From assembly GCA_973895155.1 (NCBI GenBank), contig OZ316897.1, forward strand, positions 9,261,832-9,325,831: a DNA stretch of 64,000 bases. Reading direction: 5' to 3'. A model generated the notes under the pieces. It was not told the origin of the DNA, made no database searches, and saw only the letters and a list, made by a program, of their open reading frames with translations. A program made the translations under genes and the position numbers. Source of the stretch: Marsupella aquatica. Taxonomy: Eukaryota > Plantae > Marchantiophyta. Positions 53,230 to 64,000 of this stretch are shown in pieces (the first letter of the stretch is position 1; each line of letters opens with the position of its first letter).

Positions 53230-55403
53230 ATGGAACATTTTGGGAGTTTGGGGATACGGACACGAACCGGCTATGGTCGGGGTCCGGGGCGTGGGTCTAC
53301 TTTGTATTCAGAGGTGGGCCCTTTTCACGGGAGTCGGACGATGGAGGCTGCAGGAGAAGGACGGGCTGCATCAACTCTGAATGCAAACACCACTTCAGTA
53401 GTGGATAGGAGCAAACGTATAGGTGAAACAACAGATAACACGAGATTCTCTTTACAAGATGCTAGGGGCGGACCGAAGGCTGCTCCTTTTGATCTGTATG
53501 GCCACCCGGAAGGAAGAAATCTAACTACAGAAAAAGAAAAAGGAAACCGGCCTAGCAGCAGAAAATTCATTCCCCGCTCTGGACCTTCATGGGCGGATCA
53601 GATGGACCTGGACATACAAGAGGCAGAGGCAGCGGTGGCATTAGAATTACAAGGTCAGCAACCCTTGCGGCCAGAAGATTCCTATCGAGCGAGCGAGAGA
53701 GTGGCACCTGAGAACTCTGACCCGGGTGTGCGATTCCCTGCTGCTGGTAGTGTCCAATAGAGATCGGGTGGGAGCCAATGGCTACCGGAGGAGACACGAC
53801 CACTACAGAGAGGCAGGCGACAATCAGATTGGAATGACTCAAGATTTGATCATACTAACGAAGCGGATTATGATGGGGTCTCGGAGGAACCCTCGAATAC
53901 ATGTTTGGAAATGCTGAGGAAAATTGCAATCAGCTCCACTGGTGACTGGCCTAACACGTTACACACTAGAATCCAATGGTCCATTGAGGAGGCTACTCTC
54001 TCTATTACCGAACTATACAACTGCACCATGATGTGTTATTTTACGGATCGCCCCCCTCTCTTACCGGCCTTTCGTGACTGGGCCGAATCGGTCTTCATTC
54101 GGGACCTGGGCTGGCCGATAACTCAGATCAAATTTGCCAGTAAGAATTTCTATGTGATCACATTTGAATTCCCTGAGCACCGTGATTCGGCCTTGGAGCT
54201 GGCGCCCTTTTTATGGATAGGAAATTTGTGTTTACCTTCCCGTGGGAGCCCTCCTTTGATGCAAGCAGTGACTCCTACACCAAGCTGCCGGTCTGGATTG
54301 AGCTACCATTCAGAGCGTTAGTACTCGAGAGCTGCAGGAAAAGGATTGCAGAGTCATTTGGGAAAGTTCTATATTACATTCAGGGCGATGAGCGCAGCTC
54401 CTTCCCTCATGATAGGGCTTGCATTTTGTGGGACACTGGACGGGAGGTTCCGCGGTGCGTCGGAGTGGATATTACGGAGGGCATCACGATCTGGCAGCCG
54501 GTCATATTTAGGAATATACCGTATCATTGTTTTAAATGCAACCAGAAGGGTCACTTGGCAAGGGACTATAAAGCCCGTGAGCAGGAGGAGAACACTTCTA
54601 AAGGCAAAGAAATAAACGGGGACAACAAGTCAAGGGAGACAGAGGGTGACAACAATAAAGAAGCCAGGATGGCGGCGAAAACCTCGGTTGGCGGCAGTCA
54701 GAGGCACTCTACGAACCCCAACTTGCAACGTCAAGACACCGGCTTTGATGCAGGAAGTGACGCTGCCACCACGATAGAGGATACACGACAACAGCGGCCC
54801 CGGTCTGCAAGGAGGGCGGATCACTTGGCTGCTATTAGAGAGGAAAGCGAACACAGAGAAGCAGAGGGAATGAATGACTCTCAAGACACGGTGTTGGCGA
54901 CCGAAGTCGGGAGACACATTGACACGGCGGATATAGCAGCTCCAAGGACGAGGAGTGGTGCAGGCAACACGCACGATCATCAAACTCAATCCTCTTCCAG
55001 GTTTTCGCCCCCTCATGCTGTCAATAGGGAGCTTCACGTGCCTGTTAGAGCCAACAACGATCAGAATCTGAGCTACAGTCCACATGGTGGCGCTTTGCTC
55101 TCTACTGGCGAATTGGACCCGGGTGCTTGGCCTGCCTTGATCGGTGAGGACTCTCGTGCAATACGGCCGACTGCTGGCAACAACAGGTCTCGAGGTGCTT
55201 CACCCAGCAACTCACTACAATTGGGTCCATCAAGAGTCAAGGATTTATCAGCAATTGATGAATATGAAGCTGCACACAACGATAGTGGCGATGAGGAGAA
55301 TACATCCTATCAGGGGGGCTCTGACATTGAGATGTCTGAATATGAAGAATACATTACTAAAAGCCAACTGAAGAAAGAAAGAGCGCGTAAGCTCGAGTTA
55401 TGA
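53230..55403 (+). pseudogene. LINE ORF1 (DUF4283/RRM-like + zinc knuckle), stops and frameshifts
   Basis: FYVITFEFPEHRDSAL, PVWIELP..IAESFGKV, CFKCNQKGHLARDY (CCHC with last Cys lost). Confidence 0.8.
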
Positions 55404-55699
55404 ACTCCTCCATCGGTGCCAAAAAAGGATGGTTCAGGGAAGGAGAATAAGAAGGTCAGATCGCTGCAATATCCGGATGTTGGGACATCGCGCTCTCCCT
55501 ATCGGGATTGGCTATCTCTGGAGATCTTGCCTGGGAGGGACGATAGGCAGATTGCTCAGTCACTAGATGGAGGGGGAACTTTACGGGGTGCCCGGCGGGA
55601 CTTCTCGGAGAACAGATTCTCCCCGGGAAGCTCGATGTCGGGCTCCCTGAAATGACTAACTAACAGGCGCTGATTTGGGGGGGCACGATTGAGACCAAT

Positions 55700-58600
55700 A
55701 TGTGTGCATTACTTTCGTTTGCCTCCTGGAATGTCTGCGGCCTCTGTGACCCTAATCGCAAGCAGATCATCAAGAATTGGATCACGTCACTGAAAATACC
55801 ACTTACAACACTAGCACTACAGGAAGTTAAGGCAGACCAATTTAGACTTGACATAGCCTTAAGGGCTATTCTACCCAACTATCAGCATTTTTCTTCCTCC
55901 CCCGATGAAGGTCGTGGGGGGACATCTCTTTTGCTTCACCCCTCGCTCAGGGTGATCCAAGTTGGGCTTTTAGACAAGGGTAGGGCAGTATGGGCGAGAG
56001 TGGAACACCAGGAAGGAAAGTTTGGATTGGTGAGTGTGTATGCCCCCAATACGGCGCGGGAGAGGGCATTGCTATGGCATGATTTGAAGGTCTTGCTGCC
56101 TCAAGACAACTGGATTATGTGTGGCAATTTTAACATGACCAAAAGAAGTGACGACTCCACGGACCCTTCTCCCCTTCTTCGTGGGCGTGAGGAGGAATTC
56201 TGGAGATTTCTGAAAATGCGATTTGACTTCGCGGATGCGATCAGTATCAGCCAGAAATGCACTGGTGCGCACTACACGTGGAGAAGGATCATCAACGGCC
56301 GACTAATACAATCACGGCTCGACCGGTTCTACTTTAGCGAACGAGGATGGTGGGCTGAAGTGTAGCAAAATTAATGCACGAGGGGAGCTCGACACTCTCA
56401 GATCACGACCCCTGTATCCTAAGATGTCGTCTTTCAGATCCGATTACTAATGACAAGCAACGGAAGTCTTCATATTTCAAAGCAAATGCTGGTCTCCTTC
56501 GCGATGTTGCCAATTTAGAGAGGCTTAGGTCCGCCTGGATAGGGGCTGCTGATGTTGAGGTGGACCCGCACCTCAGGTTTTATCGTGCGAGTTGGCGACT
56601 CAGGCAAGAGTATGTGGAACTCCAACAAAGTCTTCGAACGGTGAGGCGGAAGTGACACACCTTAGAGAGCGGCTCCGAGCTTTGAAACTAGAACTTCTAG
56701 ACAATTACTCAGATGACAATCTGAAAGATTTTGCTACCACGGAAGAACAGGTCAGGGTCGTGGAGCATGAGGCTGCTTCGCAAGGCAGACTCCTTGCACG
56801 AATCAGATGGCTGGGGCAAGGGGATGAGCCGTCTAAATTTTATTTTGCTACGCTTAAGACCAAGCGTATGAGAGAGACCATGTCTGTATTGCTACTAGAC
56901 GACGACAAGACGATCACACAGGAATAGTTAATGATGGCAAAAATTGAAAAGCAATTCTCGGCACTATATGAGGCACAAGGGGAAGCGAGACGAAGTGAGT
57001 CTGGGGAGGTTCTTGCAGCTAGGAGGCGACTTTTCTCCAACACCGGGAAGGCGCTGTCAGCCGCTGAAATCTCCAAATTAGAGCAACCACCGACAATGGA
57101 AGAAGTGAAGGATACTCTGTGGTCTTTTCCGGCAGACAAAGCACCTAGACCGAACGGTCTTACAGCGGAAGTATTTAAGATGTGTTGGGACTTCATCAAA
57201 GATGACCTGGTAAGCATGATTTTAGCGTTCTGGAGGACTGGTGAACTGGCGGGCAATATGAAGTCGGGCATTATCAAGCTGATACCCAAGAAGGCAGATA
57301 AAAGGTGGCTCAAGGATTGGCGACCTCTCACAATGCTTAACATGACATACAAGATAATCGCCAAACTTCTAGCCCAACGTCTGAAGCCACTGCTGAATAA
57401 ATTAATTAGCCCACAGCAGACTGGCTTTATCCCCGGTCGACACATTCTCGAGAACATTTCCATGGCCTGGCTTATAGTGGACTCGGTAAGTATAAAGAGG
57501 CAAGAATCACTGTTCCTCAAGCTTGACTTTGAGAAAGCTTTCGATAGAGTCAATCACTCGTACATTTGGGAAGCTATGCATCTATTGGGCTTGGGGAGCC
57601 ACTACATCATGCTGGTCCGTTCTTTGGTTACCGGGGCCAGCTCCAAGATCCACATTAACAGGCTCTTCTCTAAGGAAATCAGAATGCTGAGGGGGGTCCG
57701 TCAGGGCTGCCCGCTTTCGCCCTTACTATTTGTACTATCGACTCAGCCATTCATGGATTTTTTAGACACAAAAATCGCACATGGCGCCTTGAGAGGCCTT
57801 CAAATATCGGAGACTTTGACCATATGCTATAGGTTCTTTGCTGACGATCTCGGGATGTTTATTCCTGCTACTCGAGAGGATTTCTATGGGGCACGACAGG
57901 CGATTGAATGCTACAAGCTAGCGTCCGGGGCCAAATTGAATTTGCACAAGTCAACTGTTATACCTCTCGCACTCCAGGAGATACCGGATTGGCTACGGGA
58001 GACTAGATGCACCATCAGCAGGAAAGGGGAAATTCAGAAATATCTGGGTGCTCCTTTGGGTTGGGGGATTCAGGCCTCCCGGCTTCATATGTTCTGCCTT
58101 GATCAAATAGAATCCAGGCTCTCTACATGGGCCACCCGGTTCTTATCCTTCACCGGTTGCACTATTCTGGTGAAGCATGTTCTCCAAGCGGTACCCATTT
58201 ATCACATGATGTTCTTACATTCGTCAAATGCTTTGGCTAAGAAGATGGTGGCTCTCTATAGAGATTTTCTCTGGGGCTATAATGCAGAAGGCGGGAGAAA
58301 GCCATTGGTAGCGTGGAAGACCCTAGCACGCCCCAAGGTGGATGGTGGGTTGGGCTTCAAGGAGTTTAGGTGCCACTCACACACTTTTAGTACAATGGTT
58401 CTATAAGGCACTGGACAACCCGACCACAGAATGGGCTCAACTATATTACGCGAATCTGAAAATGGCAAAATGGCGCAATCACAAGACAATCAGAAGGAAT
58501 GGCTACTCATTTTCTGACAGACTCTTACTCTGCTATCCTCGGTCCTTCAGCGGATTGAGTTACACTGGCAATATCTGGAAAGCCTGGGAGGCTCTACGTT

Positions 58601-59622
58601 CACATTTGCTTTTTTCACCGGATGGAGGTGCTGTGGCTGACTGGTGGAGCATTGACGACATCGCCAGGAGCCTAGAAGGATTTCAGGACCTACCAGAAGA
58701 CAAGAAAGGACAATTGGTCCAGATCTGTGGACGGATGGGACTACGCAAGATCTTGGATCTAAGGAGGTGGGGATGCAACCCTTCTGAGTATGCACGCCAG
58801 AAGCTTAATAAGATGAGGGGCTTGGATCAGGAGGTGGGGGAACTCTGCTTATCCTTTGTGAGAAAAATTAAAAGATATACAGGGGAAAAGGGGGCCAGAT
58901 CTTCTGCAGCATGTTGGGTCTGGGCCGACAAGAAGGAGAGGATGAGGCACTTTTCCATACCCAATGCTAGAGTATATCAATTACTGCGCACCAAAGGTAG
59001 CGATTCTTCCAGGCTCAACCGGATCTGGTCTCTCCAACTATCGGATCGAGAGTGGAGCAAGCTCTGGAACTCACTGTGGATGTCAGACCTTTCCACAAAG
59101 TCTCGTACATTTATATGGCGTGTGATTGCACAAGGGCTCTTCACAAATGTTCAGGCACTGAAGATGGGTAAGTCGGATGGTACCTGTGGCTTGTGCCCTA
59201 ACGTTCATGAGACCATTCCTCACATTTTCTTTACTTGCAAGCTTGCAAGAAAAGGTTGGGCACTTGTTGCCGAAACGTTCCCTGATCTGATCACTTGGCC
59301 TGCCGGGGAGCTGAAAGTTATGATGGAGGCTTTTGCTGGACACAGTCTTGCTCGATCCTTGATAGTCTTCATGGTTTATCAAGTACTATAGCATATTTGG
59401 CTAGCCAGGAATGAGAGTGTATTTAACAATGGTAGAAGTAGGAAATTTGATCTGCTACAGATCTTTTCAGAAATGATTGACCAAATACATGGACTATGTG
59501 AAGACTCTGGCCCCTGCAACCGGCGCACGCAGCTGCTGCGGACCAAGGAAGAAATCATCATAGAACGTCTGAACTGGATTTCGAGACCGGAGGCACGGTT
59601 CACACTATCTCTCTCGGACTAA
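55700..59622 (+). pseudogene. LINE ORF2 (APE endonuclease, reverse transcriptase, zf-RVT)
   Basis: SWNVCGL, LQEVK, VYAPN, SRLDRFY, SDHDP. WRPLTML, KLDFEKAFD, GVRQGCPLSP, FFADD, KYLG. CGLCPNVHETIPHIFFTC. Stops at 56363, 56925, 59389 and frameshifts. Confidence 0.95.
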
Positions 59623-59967
59623 TGCCACGAATTTACGCCTTGTCCACTCTTTGATAGGGTCACTCTCCCCTGCTTTGGTCTTTTCCCTGGTTGGGTTGTC
59701 AGGGGTCGAGCTGCTGCTCTTATTCGCTGTTGATTTTCTAGGCTCACTGACCTGAAATGCGAATTCTAGGACTCGTCACGGGTGCCTTAGAAGTATCGAT
59801 AAATTTCAGCTTGGACCCGTCACGATTGCAATAGAAGTAGTGTGCTCTTTAGCGGCCTTGTAGTGTTCCCCTCGGGCTCTGGCTTGCCCTTTCTGGGCGT
59901 CTTTGTTGCCTTTTTGGCCCCCTTTCCCGTAGGGTTTTGCGGGTTTTATTTAAAATAAATAATTAAA

Positions 59968-60014
59968 AATATATATATATATTAAAAAATATATATATAT
60001 ATATATATATATAT
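59968..60014. repeat. (AT)n microsatellite at the LINE 3' tail
   Basis: aatatatatatatattaaaaaatatatatatatatatatatatat. Confidence 0.9.
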
Positions 60015-61189
60015 TGTAATTTGTGTTCTGATTTTAGGATGCTCTTGGTGGTCACATTAAGAGCGGAATTGAGAAGGAGCAGCCAAAAGGGATTCATGGA
60101 GCTCGGTTGGAGAATGCAGCTGATGTAGTTGCATTTTGCAAAGACAAATTTGCTCTTGGCCAAGAGAAGGAATACGGTGATGTTCAATTGGTGAGACGCG
60201 TGTTTTGGGAAATTGGCGCACATGATGTGAATCGCAGAAAGAAATGGGACTGTGATCCAATCAAGGGAAGTAGATCCTTACATTGCTTTGATGGTTTTAG
60301 TAATCGTCTGTCAACTCTTCTGCAAGTAAGGGAGCTCTCCTGCTTATGTGCTCATTGTGTAGATGATGAACCAGCAAAATGTGAGAATTTAGAATGGGTA
60401 GGACATTTCAAACTCGAGATGGTGAGAGGGATACTACCAACTGATGTGACTGCTGACATAGACAACATTGGAGTAGGGGAAGGAGCAATTGTATGAGGAT
60501 GGCTCGTTGGCACAACTGGTGCAACTTGGTGATTTTTACGCTGTGGAAGCTGAGCAACCCAATAAGTGGGCTGCTGATTTCTACATCCTTCAATGTGAGG
60601 AGGTGCTGCACACAATTAAAGAGGGATTTACAGACGGGTATGACGTGGAGTTTGATACAGGCGACTTAGCATTGAAGGGAAGGTGGTTTCAACCAATTCC
60701 AAAGTCAGAAACCAAATTTGTGTTCAATGACACTGCACCCGCAAGCTATACCCATGCAAAGTCTATAGTTCATATTAGATTTGCTCTGAATCCGTGTGAG
60801 GTGGGAAGGGGTCGCAAGGGTGGCAGCCGGATGTACAACTCAGACTTAGATACACTAGCAGCAATCACTACTTCCTTGACCTCGCAAGTCTTGGTTAGAA
60901 CTTAAATTGTGCAGGCAAGGATTGGAAGGGAATTTGCTTCGAAGCGTGAGTAACCTGGCGCCTGGCAACAGTTCAGGTATGGCGTCCACAAGTTACCTTT
61001 ATTATACTTCTCTTTGCTTTCGTGCTGTATGTATGCTCATACAGTGCTATACCTATTGCTTAAAATTGGCCTGTACTTAGAGCTAGGAGTGATTGGGCAA
61101 ACTCCTTTTGTGTGGAGGACTTCCTGATCTTCATCCAGAGTATATTTAGGACTTGGTATATTGTGAAGTCCTTTTAAGTAAGGACCCGC

Positions 61190-61700
61190 ATCCTAAACAT
61201 GACTCAACTCCTTTTTGGCTGAAGGACTCACGCTGTGAAAAGGACTAAACTCCTTTTTTTACTAAAGGACTCAATTCCTGAGAAGGACTTTACTCCTTTT
61301 TGTCATGTGTTAAGGACTTGAGTCCTTTCTGAGTGAAGGACTTAACTCCTTTTTGAGTGGAGGACTTGACTCCTTTCTGAAGGTCTGTAGTCCTTTTTTA
61401 ATGATGGACTTGAGTCCTTTCTGAGTGAAGGACTTGAGTCCTTTCCAAGTGAAGGACTTGAGTCCTTTATGAGTGAAGGACTTTACTCCTTTATGAGTGA
61501 AGGACTTGACTCCTTTTTGAGTGAAGGACTCATCTTCTTTCTGTGTGAAGGACTTGCAGACTCCTTTTTTATTGAAAACTTGACTCCTTTTGTGAGTGAA
61601 GGACTGATCTTCTTTCTGTGTGAAGGACTTCACTCCTATCTGATTGAAGGACTTTACTCATTTCCGTGTGAAGGGCTTGACTCCTTCCTATGTGAAGGCG
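61190..61700. repeat. ~24-bp minisatellite with internal palindrome (GAGTGAAGGACTTGAGTCCTTTCT)
   Basis: Roughly 20 degenerate copies. Core AAGGACT-TG-AGTCCTT is an inverted repeat. Confidence 0.9.
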
Positions 61701-63462
61701 GCCTGCCTTACTGTGACATTCTAAGTTATGGTGATAAGAATCACCTTCTTAAATCTTGTATAGAGTACCATGGTCATCGTATATGTTTCCATGCCAACAT
61801 ACTGAAGTGCTTAACGTTCAGAGGCCCGTAATCTTATCATGAAGGAAGGTGTTCAATTCAAGTTTTCAATAAATGGGGAATCATATCCAGAAATTTTGAA
61901 GTGTCTACAATTACTTTTTTATTTCATATTCTTACCTTGCGTTTTGTCTTGTAGGGTTTTGGTGGTCTTCCAGCGGGAGTCCACATTTGAAGCATGGGCT
62001 GGTCTGCAAGAGATGAAGGCTTGTTGTTGGGAACATCAAATGCTCATGAATTTGTCATATATTTAGAATCATTGCATTGCTCCAGTAGTTCTTTTGTCCA
62101 GGGAGCAACAATTGTCCAGAGTGGGCTAGCTGGAGGTTGAGAGGCATTCAAACTCTGAGGGTGAACCATACCCTTTTGTACAATTACGATGCAAGAGAGT
62201 AAAGCCGTGAAAAGCACCAAGTGCTATTTTGAATTGATCTCAGTGCTCATTCAGCAAAATGTGGACTATGTTGTCTAGTGTTCTCAATGATGGTCCATCT
62301 ACCAATATTTAATCTAGAATCTGTAACAGCCCTCTCAGTTGAGCAATGCTGAAATTTGATTAAAGGAGCGTCCTTGTTTTGCATAGTTGACTTGAAAGGC
62401 CAGACTACTTTTGATCACCTTCCTTAGCAGCTTAGCATGTATCCTCCTTGATACTTGGTGTAGTGTTAATTCTGAATAGCCGACAATTCTTTCTGATTGG
62501 AAAGATTTTCTGTCCACAAAGCTGACTTAGTTTCCTGATTGCCTGTAAGCCATTGGTCACGATCTTGCCTTCAGTTTTGTATGCAAGTGATTAGTTTGAT
62601 GGTTGCTTCTTAAATTTGGGATAATCTGAGTTGCTAACAAACCCACACTCGTTCGACATTGAGATGTAATGGTGAAGTGGCCCTGAATAACCCTAGTATG
62701 GCCGGTGTGAACCATATATACTGGACTCAAGATACCTTCATGTACAAGAACTCTCATTCAGTTCAACTTCTCAGTTGATTCACCATTCACACATGTTTGA
62801 TGTTTATGACAGGGTTTACGAGATCTTGTTCTAAGTCTCAAGAATACACATTTGCCTGGGAGTCACGAGAGGAACAATCCTCGTACTATTGCAGCCTTCA
62901 TTTTGAATTTTTTTACTCCTTCAATGAGATCTAAGTTGGAATCGTTGTCCATTAAATTATGGTACAGTGTTCCAAATGTGAACAAAGTACTCTCCATGGA
63001 TATGTTTTTAGATCATACTAGTAGTGAAGGCACGACTTGAAGCTAGGCATTATTTGTGACTCCCTGCCTCTCAATTCTCTCCACTCACAATCAATTTGAC
63101 CACAAGATCATGCTCTGTAGGGAATTTTGCAGAGTCAACTTTCCTAATCTCCTCTAGAAAGAATGAATGGCTAGCAAGCAAGATAGGAATATTTAGCAAC
63201 CTTGGAACACCCTCTGGACCTCCCAATACCAAGATAACACCACGGGCTCAAAATGTGCCAAGAATTTGCCAATTTTATTCAAAGGTTCAAGATCTTCCTC
63301 GATCATGCACAATGTCAAATTAAATATAGAATTGAAATGTTGATGGCATTTCAAGTCTAATTAGAGATTTCAAAACTACAAAATGACACCATCTACATTC
63401 GCTTTACAAGCAGATCATGTTTGTACAAGTTCTGCCTGCCTTCTATTGTTTAACGTGAATTT

Positions 63463-64000
63463 CTAAGTCTCTGAGATGCAAAATGACTTCAAAGTGTCCA
63501 CTATATCAGCTGAAAAATCCTCATATAGTTTCATCCACATTGGCTTTGGCTTCAAGTCCTCTATTCCAGCAACCGCTTCAGATGGGCACTGTTCAAATCT
63601 TACAACTCGATGCTTTTCTCCATAGTCATCCTTCACATAGGTGATGGTCCATGCGTGACTCATCACTTGTTCGCAAATTTCTTTTTTCTTCTGCTCATTG
63701 TCGTTGCAGGACTCCTTGAAGGACTGTCCTGATATTCCCATCAGCTCCAACCCATTAGCTTCATTAACCTGGATCACATGATCATCAACCTGGATAGCAA
63801 AACAATACATATACGTGCCACTCCCATCTTCACAACACGCATGCTCCACTCGACTGCGAGAATGAGGACCCAGTGGAGACTCCAGATTCTGCCTCATTAG
63901 TTGGCGTTTGTGCTTTCCCAATGCACAAGGCCGACCATCCTTCAGCAACACACCACAACCTTTGTACACATACTGTCCAGCACATAGTCCCCACATATTC
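63463..64000 (-). CDS. RPA1 C-terminal (DBD-C) OB-fold/Zn-ribbon-like ORF, 5'-truncated by the window edge, possibly Helitron-associated
   Basis: YVYKGC..C..CC..YMYCFAIQVDD..EANGLELMGISGQSF resembles the Y.AC..C..C..C..Y....V.D.......E.LLG.SA pattern of RPA70 DBD-C. Pattern recall only. Confidence 0.5.
   Translation of the reverse strand, partial: NMWGLCAGQYVYKGCGVLLKDGRPCALGKHKRQLMRQNLESPLGPHSRSRVEHACCEDGSGTYMYCFAIQVDDHVIQVNEANGLELMGISGQSFKESCNDNEQKKKEICEQVMSHAWTITYVKDDYGEKHRVVRFEQCPSEAVAGIEDLKPKPMWMKLYEDFSADIVDTLKSFCISET

Larger units (their letters stand above)
52752..60008 (+). mobile_element. Full-length L1-clade LINE retrotransposon (~7.26 kb), decayed
   Basis: 5' UTR, ORF1 and ORF2, AT-rich tail. 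TSD atatattgcaatt (52739-52751) / atatattgtaatt (60009-60021). Confidence 0.92.
50091..60905 (+). mobile_element. Sola2-like DDD DNA-transposon transposase pseudogene with introns, interrupted by a LINE
   Basis: Coiled-coil N-terminus from 50091, Cys-rich region, motifs SSIDFSENYTFKVQNEIQTQHW, WSDGAASQFK, and GHGKGVA|DALGGHIK across an intron (donor 52610, acceptor 60037), then IKGSRSLHCF..RELSCLCAHC. Stops, frameshifts and a mutated acceptor (AA at 51457-58). Superfamily assigned from recalled motifs. Confidence 0.7.

Noticed and set aside
61190-61700. CRISPR array
   Set aside because: Units are contiguous with no unique spacers, there are no cas genes, and the context is eukaryotic. ORFs 61310-61633 and 61469-61831 are repeat artefacts.

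Overview
Eukaryotic land-plant genomic DNA with spliceosomal GT-AG introns. The transposon repertoire tentatively suggests a non-seed plant such as a bryophyte, but this is weak inference. Four intact host genes were reconstructed exon by exon: a cystinosin-like PQ-loop transporter (-, 1572-4185), SNU13/NHP2L1 (+, 11864-13217), a PAP/OAS1-type nucleotidyltransferase (+, ~28348-35203) and an intronless SRA-SET SUVH5/6-like H3K9 methyltransferase (-, 42573-44861). Between them lie decayed mobile elements: a Copia 3' end with LTR, a MITE-like inverted repeat, an internally inverted PIF/Harbinger element and an intron-containing Sola2-like DDD transposase. A full-length L1-type LINE with a recognisable TSD sits inside the second intron of that transposase. 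An RPA1-like OB-fold ORF lies at the right edge, and there are many tandem duplications. The best candidate for an undescribed system is a near-canonical kink-turn (CACU-GAU-GA-GACGGUCA...UGGCCGUU-GA-GGUG, 13374-13458) in the 3' region of SNU13, the gene for the K-turn-binding protein itself. It overlaps a 5' splice site (AG|GUGAG) and has a mutually exclusive alternative fold, which suggests Snu13 autoregulation through splicing/NMD. This is a hypothesis from sequence only.
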